NCBI GenBank assembly: GCA_963839565.1
Contig: CAWIVR010000027.1
Coordinates: forward strand, 196,897 to 260,896
Origin: an uncultured Actinomycetota bacterium
Lineage (GTDB): Bacteria; Actinomycetota; Actinomycetes; Propionibacteriales; Nocardioidaceae
Reading direction: 5' to 3'
Length of the DNA stretch: 64,000 bases
Part shown: one piece after another, positions 31,982 to 42,158 of the stretch
How the letters are laid out: each line of letters starts with the position of its first letter
Numbering within the stretch: position 1 is the first letter of the stretch
Program-made: the position numbers and the translations under genes
The notes under the pieces: generated by a model
The model's input: the letters and a program-made list of their open reading frames with translations, nothing else
Database searches by the model: none
Told to the model about the DNA's origin: nothing

Positions 31982-33169
31982 CTACCTCCGGATCCTGAAC
32001 ATGCGGGAGCGCCGCTCACCGTCTACTTCTGCATGACGGCCGGGCTCCTGGTCTGAGTTGGGGACGGCGTCCCCGGTGAACATCGCCGCCAGGTTGCGGA
32101 TGGCCGCGCTGGACGGGTGGTTGGGCGTCGACGTGAGGATGGGCACCCCTGAGTTGGTGGACGCCGCGATGTCGATGGACGTGGTGATCTGGGTCGAGAT
32201 GTCCATGCCCAGGATCGACTCGACCTTCTGGGCGTCGATCCCGACCGCGTCGTCCGCCCGGTTGAGCAGCAGGTGCCGGTGGCCGCGGCCGATGTTCAGC
32301 ATCTCGAGGGTGTCCAGGGCGACCTTGACGTTCTTGAGGGTGGGCACGTCGAGCGTCGCGATGATCACGCACTCGTCGGCGTCCTCGAGCGTGGTCAACG
32401 TCTGCTCGTCGAAGGCGGGCGCCGTGTCGACGACGACGTAGTCGAACATGGTGCGCAACGTCGTCAAGGTCTGGCTGATGAGCGTGGGCGAGATCCGTTC
32501 GCGGACGTCGGGGTGGCTCGGCGCGGGCAGCACCTTCAAGGAGTCCTGGTAGCGCGCCAGCAGGGACTCGAGCAGGGCCACGTCGACGTTGCCCTCCGAC
32601 CCGATCGCGTGCTCGATCGTGTGCGTCGGGAAGAGCTGGAGCGTGATCGCCACGTCGCCGAACGCCAGGTCGAAGTCGACCAGGCAGACCTGCCGGCTGC
32701 CCTTGTCGGTCAGCGCCAGGGCGAGGTTGACCGCGATCGTGGTCTTGCCGACGCCACCCTTGGGGGAGAACACGGCAATCACGCTGCCCTGGTGCGCGGC
32801 CTGTCCCGGACCCCGCAGCGCCACCGAGAACTGGTGGGCGCGCGTCACGGCGCCCGCGATGCTGTCGAGGTCGTTGATGGCGACCACCTCGCGGGCCCCG
32901 GCCTGCATGGCGCGGGCCAGGGTCTGCGTGTCGAAGCTCTCGCGGACCAGGACCACGCCCATCATCGGGCGACTGACACGGAGCCCTTCGCAGACGGTGA
33001 CGGCGTCGTCGAACCGGACGTTCGGTCCCAGCACGATGACGTACTCATCGGAGTGCTGCGACAACCACGGGAGCAGTCGTTCGATCGAGTCGACCGACTG
33101 ACATCCCGGCGGCAGGGCGCCGAGGAGCCGGCGAACGCTGCCACTGTCGGGATCGACGATGACGGGCAT
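31982..33169 (-). CDS. cpaE: CpaE/TadZ (receiver-like plus MinD/ParA ATPase)
   Basis: SPKGGVGKTT deviant Walker A, LVDFDLAFGD, VVDTAP. Confidence 0.9.
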   Translation of the reverse strand: MPVIVDPDSGSVRRLLGALPPGCQSVDSIERLLPWLSQHSDEYVIVLGPNVRFDDAVTVCEGLRVSRPMMGVVLVRESFDTQTLARAMQAGAREVVAINDLDSIAGAVTRAHQFSVALRGPGQAAHQGSVIAVFSPKGGVGKTTIAVNLALALTDKGSRQVCLVDFDLAFGDVAITLQLFPTHTIEHAIGSEGNVDVALLESLLARYQDSLKVLPAPSHPDVRERISPTLISQTLTTLRTMFDYVVVDTAPAFDEQTLTTLEDADECVIIATLDVPTLKNVKVALDTLEMLNIGRGHRHLLLNRADDAVGIDAQKVESILGMDISTQITTSIDIAASTNSGVPILTSTPNHPSSAAIRNLAAMFTGDAVPNSDQEPGRHAEVDGERRSRMFRIRR

Positions 33170-33195
33170 GGCCTACCTTCCGGTCACGAGCGGGG

Positions 33196-33954
33196 TCAGG
33201 GCAGGACGTCGGTGTTGGTGGTGGCAGGAGAGTCGGCCTCCACGGTGCTGTCCTTGGTGAGCAGCGCGAAGGTGACGTCGAGCGTCTTCGACGCCAGGAT
33301 CACCTTCTGCGCGTCCTGCTGCGACAGGGCGAGCGTCAGCAGGGTGCGCGGCAGCTGCTCGGTCTGCTGGGTGCCGTCCTCGGCAGTGGTCGTCGTCGTG
33401 ACCGGCGTCGTGCTACCGACTCCGAGCACGGTCACGCGATCCAACAGCACGTTGGTGGCGGGTCCGGCAGCTCCGCCGGCGGCGACGTCGCCTCCCTCGG
33501 TGGTCGTGACGAAGATCGCCACTTCCGAACCCGGGTTGACGAAGCCGGCGACCCGGTCGGGGTCGGTCAGGTTGACCGAGATGGCCATCTTGCCCTCGGG
33601 GATGCCGAGCGGCGAGACCGCCTCCGCGACGTTGTTGCCGAACTTGTCGGCCACGACCTGCTCACCGACGAACAGGTTCTGCAGGGCAACGGTGCCCTTC
33701 AGGGCGTCGGGGCTGGTCTGCACGTTGGCGAGGAGCTGGCTGCGAGCCACTGCGGAGGCAGCGATCTTGCCGGCGGCCAGGGCGTCGTCGTAGCTCTCGC
33801 CCGCGGTGATGGGCTGGCTGACCGTGAGGACCTGGACGGCGTCGACGCTCTCCTGAGCACGAGCGTCGGCGTTCCGGACGTAGAGGAAGACGAGGAGTGT
33901 GCCGAGTGCGGCGACTACGGCGGCGATGATGAGGAGGATCCTGCGGCGATCCAT
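33196..33954 (-). CDS. cpaB: Flp pilus assembly protein CpaB/RcpC (SAF domain)
   Basis: MDRRRILLIIAAVVAALG, GKMAISV, VAGFVNPGSEV, TLLTLAL. Confidence 0.9.
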   Translation of the reverse strand: MDRRRILLIIAAVVAALGTLLVFLYVRNADARAQESVDAVQVLTVSQPITAGESYDDALAAGKIAASAVARSQLLANVQTSPDALKGTVALQNLFVGEQVVADKFGNNVAEAVSPLGIPEGKMAISVNLTDPDRVAGFVNPGSEVAIFVTTTEGGDVAAGGAAGPATNVLLDRVTVLGVGSTTPVTTTTTAEDGTQQTEQLPRTLLTLALSQQDAQKVILASKTLDVTFALLTKDSTVEADSPATTNTDVLP

Positions 33955-33981
33955 CGGCGGTGACCCTTTCGGTGCCTGGAG

Positions 33982-34051
33982 GTCGACCCAGCACCCCCCA
34001 GCGCTGAGCTTGGTCTGCGGTGATTTCTGCGGACGACGATGTGGTCTTGAG
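33982..34051 (-). promoter_or_regulatory. Two tandem FliA/WhiG-like promoters upstream of cpaB
   Basis: CTCA-N17-GCAGAA (34051-34025) and CTCA-N17-GTCGAC (34008-33982). Confidence 0.5.
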
Positions 34052-34087
34052 CAATGTGGCGGGCCTTGGGCGGCTCGCCTCACGAAT

Positions 34088-34130
34088 CGTAAAGGCGCCC
34101 TCGGAGGCGTGGGGGCTTTTCGTAAAGAAA
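34088..34130 (-). promoter_or_regulatory. CTTTACG direct repeat, 33-bp period
   Basis: TTTCTTTACGAAAA (at 34130) and CCTTTACGATT (core at 34094) on the minus strand; same core as 10370-10406, 15115 and 18211. Confidence 0.5.
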
Positions 34131-34152
34131 TGGATGGTGGGAAGTCGCGGGG

Positions 34153-35970
34153 TCAAGCGCCGTAGAGATCGGCGACGTCCCCGCGGTGCGCCCGCATCAC
34201 GGCATCCCGCTTGAGCTTGAGGCTGGGAGTGAGCTCGCCACCCTCCTCGGTCCAGGCCACCGGCAGCACGGCGTACCTCCGGATCGCCTCCGCCTGGGAG
34301 ACGGCCTTGTTGGCCTCCTCCACCGCCTCGTCGAGCTCCGCGCGCAGGTCCGCGTCGTCCAGCAGGCCGGTCAGGGCGGTCGGCTTGCCACGGTGCTCGG
34401 CCCACGCGGTCACCGACTCGGGGTCGAGGGTGATCAGCGCGGCGATGAACGGGCGGCCGTCGCCGACGACCATGCACTGGTCCACGAGAGGGTGGGCGCG
34501 GAGCCGGTCCTCCAGCACGGCGGGTGCGACGTTCTTGCCGCCCGCGGTCACCAGGATCTCCCTCTTGCGACCCGTGATCCGCACGAAGCCCTCGTCGTCG
34601 ATCTCGCCGAGGTCGCCGGTGTGGAACCAGCCGTCACGTTCCAGCACCTCGGCGGTGGCCGGCTCGTCGTCCCAGTAGCCGGCGAACACCTGGCCGCCCC
34701 GGAAGAGCAGCTCGCCGTCGTCGGCCACGCGCACGGTCGTACCGGGGATCGGCCGGCCGACCGTGCCGATCTTGACCGCATCCGGGGTGTTCACGGTGAG
34801 CGCGGCCGTCGTCTCGGTCAGGCCGTAGCCCTCGAGCACGACCAGCCCGATGCCGCGGTAGAAGTGGCCGAGCCGCTCGCCGAGCGGCGCACCGGCGGAG
34901 ACGGCGTACGCGCACCGGCCGCCGAGCGCCGCGCGCAGCTTGCCGTAGACGAGGCGCGAGAACACCGCGTGCTGGGCGCGTACCGCGACCGACTGCTTGC
35001 CGCGGTCGAGCCCGCGGGACCAGGCGATGGCCACCTCCGCCGCCCGGTCGAAGAGCTTGCCGCGTCCCTCGGCCGTGGCGTTCTGGGACGCCGTGTTGAA
35101 GATCCTCTCGAACACTCGGGGCACGGCCAGCACGAACGTGGGGCGGAACTGGCCGAGGTCACGCAGGAGGAACTGGGGTTCGGAGCTGTGGCCCAGCCGG
35201 ACCCGGGCCTTCACCGCGCCGAGCTGGATGACCCGGGCGAACACGTGCGCGAGCGGCAGGAAGAGAAGGGTCGCGGCCCCGTCAGCACCGTCAGGGGCGA
35301 ACAGCTCGTCGAGCTCGTCGATCGCGACGCCCAGCTCGGTCATGAAGTTGCCGTGCGTGAGCATGCAGCCCTTGGGTGAGCCCGTCGTGCCGGAGGTGTA
35401 GATGATGGTGGCGAGGTCGAGGGGCGTGGCCGTCGTACGCCGCGCCTCGAGGTCGTCGTCGGAGATGTCGGCGCCGAGTCGGGTGAGCACGTCCACGGCG
35501 TTGCCGTCGATGGACCACACGTGCCGCAGCTCCTCGAGGTCCCCGCGGACCTCGGCGACCCGGCTGAGGTGCGCGGGACCCTCGGCCACGACCGCACAGG
35601 CGCCCGAGTCGCGGAGGATGTGACCGACCTGGTCGGCCGATGACGTCTCGTAGATGGGGACGCCGACCGCGCCGGCGAACCAGGTGGCGTAGTCGAACAG
35701 CGTCCACTCGTAGCGGGTCTTCGAGATCAGGGCCACCCGGTCGCCGGTCTCGACGCCGGCCGCGACCAGGCCCTTGGCCACTCCGCGCACCTGGTCGAGG
35801 AACTCCTCGACGGTGACGTCCGTCCATTCCTCCGAGCCCGGCAGGCGCCGCCCGAATGCGATCCCTTCGGGCGCCTCGGCGGCGTTCCGGACCAGGTCGT
35901 CGGTGAGGTTGCCGGTCGCCGGTATCCCGGCGGACAGGAGGCCGGACATGGGGGTGGAGAACTCGCGCAC
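34153..35970 (-). CDS. fadD: Long-chain acyl-CoA synthetase (AMP-binding, FadD15-like)
   Basis: IIYTSGTTGSPKG, EGYGLTET, WFHTGDLG, TGRKREIL; AGGAG RBS before GTG 35970. Confidence 0.93.
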   Translation of the reverse strand: MREFSTPMSGLLSAGIPATGNLTDDLVRNAAEAPEGIAFGRRLPGSEEWTDVTVEEFLDQVRGVAKGLVAAGVETGDRVALISKTRYEWTLFDYATWFAGAVGVPIYETSSADQVGHILRDSGACAVVAEGPAHLSRVAEVRGDLEELRHVWSIDGNAVDVLTRLGADISDDDLEARRTTATPLDLATIIYTSGTTGSPKGCMLTHGNFMTELGVAIDELDELFAPDGADGAATLLFLPLAHVFARVIQLGAVKARVRLGHSSEPQFLLRDLGQFRPTFVLAVPRVFERIFNTASQNATAEGRGKLFDRAAEVAIAWSRGLDRGKQSVAVRAQHAVFSRLVYGKLRAALGGRCAYAVSAGAPLGERLGHFYRGIGLVVLEGYGLTETTAALTVNTPDAVKIGTVGRPIPGTTVRVADDGELLFRGGQVFAGYWDDEPATAEVLERDGWFHTGDLGEIDDEGFVRITGRKREILVTAGGKNVAPAVLEDRLRAHPLVDQCMVVGDGRPFIAALITLDPESVTAWAEHRGKPTALTGLLDDADLRAELDEAVEEANKAVSQAEAIRRYAVLPVAWTEEGGELTPSLKLKRDAVMRAHRGDVADLYGA

Positions 35971-36060
35971 GCCCTCTCCTGGGGACCTCGGTGGCGGGGT
36001 TCGATCGGGGGCGAGGCTACCGTCCGGCCGCGGTGGCCCGATTGCTAGGCTCCGTGGGTC

Positions 36061-36502
36061 ATGGCTGAGCAGACCTCCTCGTCGATCGTCATCGACGCCC
36101 CGCCCGCGGCGGTGATGGACGTGATCGCCGACTTCGCGGCCTACCCGGACTGGGCGAAGGGCGTGAAGCAGGCGACGGTCCGCGCCGAGGGGGCGGCGGG
36201 CCGGGCCAAGGAGGTCTTCTTCGCCCTGGACGTAGCGCCGATCAAGGACGAGTACACGCTCGCCTACACCTGGAACGGCGACCGCGACGTCGACCTGGAC
36301 CCTCGCCGAGGGCAAGATGCTGCGCGCCCTCGACGGTGCGTACGTCCTGCGCGACCGCGGCGACGGCACGACCGAGGTCACCTACCGCCTCGCGCTCGAC
36401 GTCTCCATCCCGCTGATCGGGATGATCAAGCGCAAGGGCGAGAAGATCCTGATCGACACAGCGCTGAAGGGTCTCAAGCAGCGCGTCGAGTCGCTGGTCT
36501 AA
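36061..36502 (+). CDS. SRPBCC/polyketide-cyclase-fold protein (frameshift near 36295)
   Basis: VMDVIADFAAYPDWAKGV...GSY/GAY...VTYRLALD...KILIDTALKGLK. Confidence 0.85.
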
Positions 36503-36508
36503 GTCCCC

Positions 36509-37717
36509 TTGCGGATCCTCCTCTTCACCGGCAAGGGCGGCGTCGGCAAGTCGACGCTCGCCGCTGGTACAGCTGCTCTGGCGGCCGCGGCGGGCGAGCG
36601 GACGCTGGTGCTCTCGACCGACGCCGCGCACTCGCTCGCCGACGCGCTCGGGGTGGCGGCGGGCGGCTTCCCCAGTCCGTTGCTCGGCGAGCCGGTGGAG
36701 GTCGAAAGGAATCTGTGGGTGCAGCAGGTCGACGCCCAGCTGCGGTTCGAGCAGTCGTGGGCGGACATCCAGGGCTACCTCATGTCGGTGCTGGCGGCTG
36801 CAGGTCTCGACCCGGTGGCGGCCGAGGAGCTGACCGTGGTGCCCGGCGCCGAGGAGGTGCTGGCCCTGCTCGAGCTGCGGCTGCACGCGGCGTCCGGACG
36901 CTGGGACGTCGTGGTCGTCGACTGTGCGCCCACCGCGGAGACGTTGCGGCTGCTGGCGCTCCCCGAAGCGCTGGGCTGGTACATCGACCGGATCCTCCCC
37001 GTGGAGCGGCGTGTGGTGAAGGCGCTGCGGCCGGTGCTGACCCGCGCGGCGGGGGTGCCGATGCCGGGCGACGCGGTGTTCGACGCGGTCGTCCGGCTGC
37101 ACGCCGAGCTCGACGAGGTGCGCGAGCTGCTCACCGGCCCCGACGCCAGCGTGCGCATCGTGCTCACCCCCGAGTCGGTGGTGCTCGCCGAGGCCCGCCG
37201 GTCGTGGACGACGCTCTCCCTCTACGGCTACCGCGTCGACGGTGTGGTGGCCAACCGGGTCTTCCCGGCCGAGGGGGCCGACGACTGGCGGGCCGGCTGG
37301 GTGCTCGCGCAGGACGAGGTCCTGGCCGAGGTCGAGGAGTCCTTCGCCGGCCTGCCGCTGTGGCGCTCGGAGTACCGGCCGGGCGAGCCGGTCGGGGTGA
37401 CGGCGCTGCGTGACCTCGCGGCGGAGACGTACGACGGCGCCGACCCGCTCGCCGTACCCGAGGGCGACGGGCCGTTCCGGATGACCAGCCACGCCAGCGG
37501 GACGGTGCTGCACCTCGCCCTGCCGCTGGCCGACCGGGCCGACGTGGATCTCGCCCGCAACGGCGACGACCTGGTCGTGACCGTCGGGTCGTATCGTCGT
37601 CTCCTCACCGTGCCCGCCGGGCTGTCCCGGCATCGGGTGGCCGGCGCTCGGGTGGAGGACGGGGAGCTGCAGGTGCGGTTCGTCGAGGAGCACAGCGAGA
37701 GGGCCGAGGCGACATGA
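36509..37717 (+). CDS. ArsA/Get3-like ATPase with HSP20-like C-terminus
   Basis: TGKGGVGKST, STDAAHSL, DCAPT; C-terminal beta-sandwich (DLARNGDDLVVTVG). Confidence 0.9.
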   Translation: MRILLFTGKGGVGKSTLAAGTAALAAAAGERTLVLSTDAAHSLADALGVAAGGFPSPLLGEPVEVERNLWVQQVDAQLRFEQSWADIQGYLMSVLAAAGLDPVAAEELTVVPGAEEVLALLELRLHAASGRWDVVVVDCAPTAETLRLLALPEALGWYIDRILPVERRVVKALRPVLTRAAGVPMPGDAVFDAVVRLHAELDEVRELLTGPDASVRIVLTPESVVLAEARRSWTTLSLYGYRVDGVVANRVFPAEGADDWRAGWVLAQDEVLAEVEESFAGLPLWRSEYRPGEPVGVTALRDLAAETYDGADPLAVPEGDGPFRMTSHASGTVLHLALPLADRADVDLARNGDDLVVTVGSYRRLLTVPAGLSRHRVAGARVEDGELQVRFVEEHSERAEAT

Positions 37718-38100
37718 CGGACGCGCACGACCCGGTCGGCTCCGCCGCCGAGGAGGCCGCCAAGCTGCTCGGCGCCGTCTCGGAGTGGGCTCGGGAGCAC
37801 GGTTCTGACGTCGGTACGGCGTTCGGGGGCCTCGCCGACCAGGTCTCGGCCGCCGCGCACGACGTTGACGCGCACCTCGCGACCGGCGAGGACTGCAGGT
37901 ACTGCCCGCTGTGCCGGGCCGTCCAGGTGTACCGATCCGCGTCGCCGGAGGTCCGCGAGCACCTCGCCACTGCTGTCACGTCGTTGGCCCAGGCCGCCAC
38001 GGCGATGCTCGCCACCGCCGTGCCACAGCAGCGCGGAACCGGCGTCGAGCGCATCGACCTGACCGACGACTGGCCCGACGACGGCGAGGACCAGGAGTGA
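37714..38100 (+). CDS. Conserved hypothetical protein upstream of glucokinase (DUF5304/SCO2127-like)
   Basis: EEAAKLL...CRYCPLC...VERIDL; translationally coupled on both sides. Confidence 0.7.
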   Translation: MTDAHDPVGSAAEEAAKLLGAVSEWAREHGSDVGTAFGGLADQVSAAAHDVDAHLATGEDCRYCPLCRAVQVYRSASPEVREHLATAVTSLAQAATAMLATAVPQQRGTGVERIDLTDDWPDDGEDQE

Positions 38101-39041
38101 GCCTCACCTGCGGCGTCGACGTGGGAGGTACCAAGATCCTGGGCGGCGTGGTGGACGAGGACGGCACCGTCGTCGAGGAGCTCCGGGTCATCTCGCCGGC
38201 GACCGACGTCGCCGCGATCGAGGACGCGATCACCAGCGTCATCACCCAGCTGAGCGCCCGTCACCAGGTGGCGGCCGTCGGCATCGGCGCGGCCGGCTAC
38301 ATCGACAAGTCGCGCTCGGTGGTGATGTTCGCCCCCAACCTGGCCTGGCGCGACCTGGACCTCCGCGCCGAGATCGAGGCCCGCGTCGCCCTGCCGGTGG
38401 TCGTGGAGAACGACGCCAACGCAGCCGCGTGGGGCGAGTTCCGCTTCGGCGCGGGCGAGGACGTCGACGACCTGCTGCTCATCACGGTCGGCACCGGAGT
38501 CGGCGGTGGCGTGGTGCTCGACGGCCGGTTGCACCGTGGAGGCTTCGGGGTGGGCGGCGAGGTCGGGCACATGCGCGTGGTGCCCGACGGCGCCCTGTGC
38601 GGCTGCGGCAACCACGGCTGCCTCGAGGCCTACGGCAGCGGCACCGCCCTCGTCCGTGAGGCGCGGGCGGCGGCCGCTGGTGGCTCCCTGTTGGCGCGTA
38701 CGGTCCTCGACCGCGCCGGCGGCGACCCCGCCCTCATCACCGGCCCGATGATCACCGAGTGCGCGCAGGCCGGTGACCCGTTCGCGACCGAGCAGCTCGC
38801 CGACCTGGGCCGGTGGCTCGGCGAGGGCGTCGCCTCGCTGGCCGCGGTGCTCGACCCGGCCGTGGTGGTCGTCGGTGGCGGAGTGAGTGCCGCGGGAGAC
38901 CTGCTGCTCGAGCCGATCCGCGCGGCCTTCGCCCGCGAGCTCACCGGTCGCGGCCACCGTCCGCTCGCCGAGGTGCGCCTCGCCCGCCTGGGCAACCGCG
39001 CGGGCCTGATCGGGGCGGCCGACCTGGCCCGCCACCCCTGA
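38097..39041 (+). CDS. glkA: ROK-family glucokinase
   Basis: GVDVGGTK, ENDANAAAWGE, GTGVGGG, GEVGH, CGCGNHGCLE. Confidence 0.92.
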   Translation: MSLTCGVDVGGTKILGGVVDEDGTVVEELRVISPATDVAAIEDAITSVITQLSARHQVAAVGIGAAGYIDKSRSVVMFAPNLAWRDLDLRAEIEARVALPVVVENDANAAAWGEFRFGAGEDVDDLLLITVGTGVGGGVVLDGRLHRGGFGVGGEVGHMRVVPDGALCGCGNHGCLEAYGSGTALVREARAAAAGGSLLARTVLDRAGGDPALITGPMITECAQAGDPFATEQLADLGRWLGEGVASLAAVLDPAVVVVGGGVSAAGDLLLEPIRAAFARELTGRGHRPLAEVRLARLGNRAGLIGAADLARHP

Positions 39042-39050
39042 GGAGCCGGC

Positions 39051-40019
39051 ATGTTCGTGGGCGTGGACATCGGCGGGACCAAGGTGCTCGCGGGCGAGGT
39101 CGACGCCCACGGCAAGGTCGTGCGCACGGCCCGACGCGACACCCCTGGTCGCCGCGTCCCCGCGGCGCTGATCGAGGCGGCGCTCGGTGAGGCGGTGCAC
39201 GAGGTGGCCGGCGGCCGCCGGATCGAGGCCGTCGGGCTGGCCGCGGCCGGCTTCGTGGACGCCACGCGCACCCGCGTGCTCTTCGCCCCGCACCTGCCGT
39301 GGCACGGCGAGGACGTCGTGGCGCGGCTGACGGCGGCGTGGAACGTGCCGGTGATCATGGACAACGACGCCAACTGCACCGCGCTGGCCGAGACGGCGTA
39401 CGGCGCCGCTCGCGAGGCCTCCTCGACGGTCCTCGTCACGCTGGGCACCGGCATCGGCGGTGCCGTCATGCTCGGCGGCGAGCTCTGGCGCGGGGCCGGT
39501 GGCATGGCCGGGGAGTTCGGCCACCAGCAGGTCGTGCCAGGCGGGCTCCCCTGTCAGTGCGGACGTACGGGTTGCTGGGAGCAGTACTGCAGCGGCAACG
39601 CGCTGGTCCGGCACGCTCGTGCGCGCCTGGGTGCCTCGGCTGTCCTGAACGCCGTGACGGGGGACGACCCCGGCGCGCTGACCGGGGCCATGGTGACCGA
39701 GGCGGCCAGCCAGGGCGACCCCGTCGCGCTCGCGGCGTTCGCCGAGGTGGGGGACTGGCTCGGCGTCGGGCTGGCCAACCTCGTCGCCGCGCTCGACCCG
39801 GCCCTGCTCGTCGTGGGTGGCGGCGTCTCGGCGGCGGGCCGCCTGCTGCTCGATCCGGCCAGGGCCGCCCTCGCCCGCTCGCTGGTCGGCGCCGCCGACC
39901 GCGTCGTCCCCTCGATCGCCCCCGCCGCGCTCGGCCCCGAGGCCGGGATGATCGGCGCCGCCTGGCTGGCGAGGACGTTGGTCGAGGAGGGCCGTCAGGC
40001 CCGTCACGAGACCCCGTGA
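39051..40019 (+). CDS. Second ROK-family sugar kinase
   Basis: GVDIGGTK, DNDANC, GTGIGG, GEFGH, CQCGRTGCWE. Confidence 0.9.
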   Translation: MFVGVDIGGTKVLAGEVDAHGKVVRTARRDTPGRRVPAALIEAALGEAVHEVAGGRRIEAVGLAAAGFVDATRTRVLFAPHLPWHGEDVVARLTAAWNVPVIMDNDANCTALAETAYGAAREASSTVLVTLGTGIGGAVMLGGELWRGAGGMAGEFGHQQVVPGGLPCQCGRTGCWEQYCSGNALVRHARARLGASAVLNAVTGDDPGALTGAMVTEAASQGDPVALAAFAEVGDWLGVGLANLVAALDPALLVVGGGVSAAGRLLLDPARAALARSLVGAADRVVPSIAPAALGPEAGMIGAAWLARTLVEEGRQARHETP

Positions 40020-40020
40020 C

Positions 40021-40440
40021 CTAAAGCCGGGCGCCGTCGTCGAAGGGATCCCTCGGACCGCGGGGCATCTGGGCGACCAGGTAGCCGAACCCGCCCAGGA
40101 AGCCGCCGATGAGCAGCCAGGCCACCGGAGTGGGCAGGGAGATGCGGAACACCGTCGCGAGCAGCAGGATCACGGGGGAGACGAAGACGCCGAGCCAGGC
40201 CGCGAGCCGGTCCCTCGGCGGGCGGGGGAGGGGTGGCGGCGGGGGCGGGACGAACCGCTCCTCAGGAGCGACGTCCGCCGGCTGCGGGAGCGGAGCGAGC
40301 TCGGGCGGACGCGGCTCCGGCTCCGTCTGCTGCTCGGTGACGCGGGCGTCGTCCTCCGGGCCGAGGACGCGCTCGCCGTAGTTGGCGACGATCTCGCGCC
40401 AGGTGGCGTCGTCGCTGGGCTTGTCGGTGGGCCCGGTCAC
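40021..40440 (-). CDS. Small membrane protein, hypothetical
   Basis: Pro-rich N-terminus, two TM helices, C-terminal DDGARL. Confidence 0.75.
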   Translation of the reverse strand: MTGPTDKPSDDATWREIVANYGERVLGPEDDARVTEQQTEPEPRPPELAPLPQPADVAPEERFVPPPPPPLPRPPRDRLAAWLGVFVSPVILLLATVFRISLPTPVAWLLIGGFLGGFGYLVAQMPRGPRDPFDDGARL

Positions 40441-40458
40441 GGACCTACCGTACGTCGG

Positions 40459-41256
40459 TCAGTGAGCGGGTGCATCGGCGGCGACGCGAGCGACGAACGC
40501 CGCCGACTCCTCGAAGATCGTCGGCGCGTCGTTGTCGAGGGTGGCTACGTGGTAGCTGTCCTCGAGCAGGCGCTCGGTCACGTCGCGGCTCGAGACCCGG
40601 CTGGTGATGATCGGCACCGACGACGAGTCGACGACGTGGTCCTCCACCGAGCGGAAGATCAGCAGCGGCTGGGTGATGCTCGGCAGGTCCGCGATGAGGG
40701 GTTTCCACTGCTGCACGAACGTGTGCAGCGCCTTGAGCGGCGTCTTCGGGTAGGGGTACTCCTCGCCGCCCGGCTTCTTGATGTCGTTGCCGAGTGCGGG
40801 CCAGCCCGGGACCAGGTGCTTGAGGACCGGGAGCGCCTTCGCGTCGAGCCGTCGCGTGGCGACGGCCGGGTTGACCACGGCGATGCCCGCGACCTGGTCA
40901 CCGCGGTCGGCCGCCAACCTCAGCGCGAGGGACGCGCCCATCGACAAGCCGCCGACCACCACCACGTCGACGTCGGACCGCAGCCCGTCGAAGACGCGCT
41001 GCACCTCTCCGTACCAGTCGGTGTAGGTCGTGGTGTTGGCGTCCTCCCACGTGGTGCCGTGGCCGGGCAGCAGGGGTACCTCGACGGCGTACCCCTGCTC
41101 GGCCAGGTAGCTCCCCCACGGGTTCATGGAGACGGGGTTGCCCGTGATGCCGTGCACGAGCAGGACACCGATGCGTCGGCCGCCCGTCAGCTCGGGTCGG
41201 GCGGGGGCCGAGAGTGTCTCGGAGGCCACCGGGGGCAGCGGGGTGGACGGCGTCAT
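40459..41256 (-). CDS. Alpha/beta-hydrolase (carboxylesterase/monoacylglycerol lipase-like)
   Basis: VHGITG, GLSMG, EDHVV, SYHV. Confidence 0.9.
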   Translation of the reverse strand: MTPSTPLPPVASETLSAPARPELTGGRRIGVLLVHGITGNPVSMNPWGSYLAEQGYAVEVPLLPGHGTTWEDANTTTYTDWYGEVQRVFDGLRSDVDVVVVGGLSMGASLALRLAADRGDQVAGIAVVNPAVATRRLDAKALPVLKHLVPGWPALGNDIKKPGGEEYPYPKTPLKALHTFVQQWKPLIADLPSITQPLLIFRSVEDHVVDSSSVPIITSRVSSRDVTERLLEDSYHVATLDNDAPTIFEESAAFVARVAADAPAH

Positions 41257-41325
41257 GGGCCGCATTGTGCCGCAACGGGGCTAGGCTGACTCGCGGCGCT
41301 CAGGTCGGGTCGGGAGGAGGCAAGG

Positions 41326-42099
41326 TTGTTCTACTGGTTCCTCAAGTGGATCGCCCTCGGGCCGCTCCTCCGGGTCATCTTCCGGCCCGTCATCGAGGGA
41401 GCCGAGAACGTCCCCGACGAGGGCCCGGCGATCCTCGCCAGCAACCACCTCTCGTACGCCGACTGGCTCTTCATGCCGCTGACGCTGCCGCGTCGCGTCA
41501 CCTTCGTCGCGAAGGCCGAGTACTTCACCACGCCGGGCATCAAGGGGTGGTTCCAGAAGAAGTTCTTCTCCGGGGCCGGCCAGGTGCCGATCGACCGTGC
41601 CTCCGGATCGGCCGCCGAGGGTGCGCTGTCGTCCGCGCGTCGCATCCTCGAGGAGGGCGACCTGTTCGGCATCTACCCCGAGGGCACCCGCTCCCACGAC
41701 GGGCGGCTCTACCGCGGCAAGACCGGGGTGGCGCGACTGGCGCTGGAGACCGCCGTCCCGGTCATCCCCGTCGCCGTCGTCGGCACCAACGTCGTCGCCC
41801 CGCCCGGCAAGAAGTTCGGCCGGATGACGCGCCCGCTCGTGCGCTTCGGCAAGCCGCTCGACTTCAGCCGTTACGAGGGCATGGAGAACGACCGCTACAT
41901 CCTCCGCTCGGTGACCGACGAGATCATGTACGAGATCATGCGGTTGTCCGGCCAGGAGTACGTCGACGTGTACGCCCCCAAGGCCAAGGAGCTCGCCGCC
42001 AAGGCCAAGAAGGACGCAGCCGAGCTCCCGGTCGTCGACCCCGGGCCGGACGCCGGGACTGACGGGGCCGACGGGACCGAGCAGAAGAAGGCGTCCTGA
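41326..42099 (+). CDS. plsC: 1-acyl-sn-glycerol-3-phosphate acyltransferase family protein
   Basis: NHLSYAD, FVAK, YPEGTRS motifs. Confidence 0.92.
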   Translation: MFYWFLKWIALGPLLRVIFRPVIEGAENVPDEGPAILASNHLSYADWLFMPLTLPRRVTFVAKAEYFTTPGIKGWFQKKFFSGAGQVPIDRASGSAAEGALSSARRILEEGDLFGIYPEGTRSHDGRLYRGKTGVARLALETAVPVIPVAVVGTNVVAPPGKKFGRMTRPLVRFGKPLDFSRYEGMENDRYILRSVTDEIMYEIMRLSGQEYVDVYAPKAKELAAKAKKDAAELPVVDPGPDAGTDGADGTEQKKAS

Positions 42100-42158
42100 G
42101 GACCCCTCCGTCGTCGACGGGGCTCTTCGCGTCGTACGACGACCCCGCGGCCCAGGCG

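Noticed and set aside
36509-37717. Arsenic-resistance ArsA
   Set aside because: Single-domain protein with an HSP20-like tail, no metalloid-binding Cys set and no arsB/C/R neighbours; it fits the conserved Get3-like actinobacterial family
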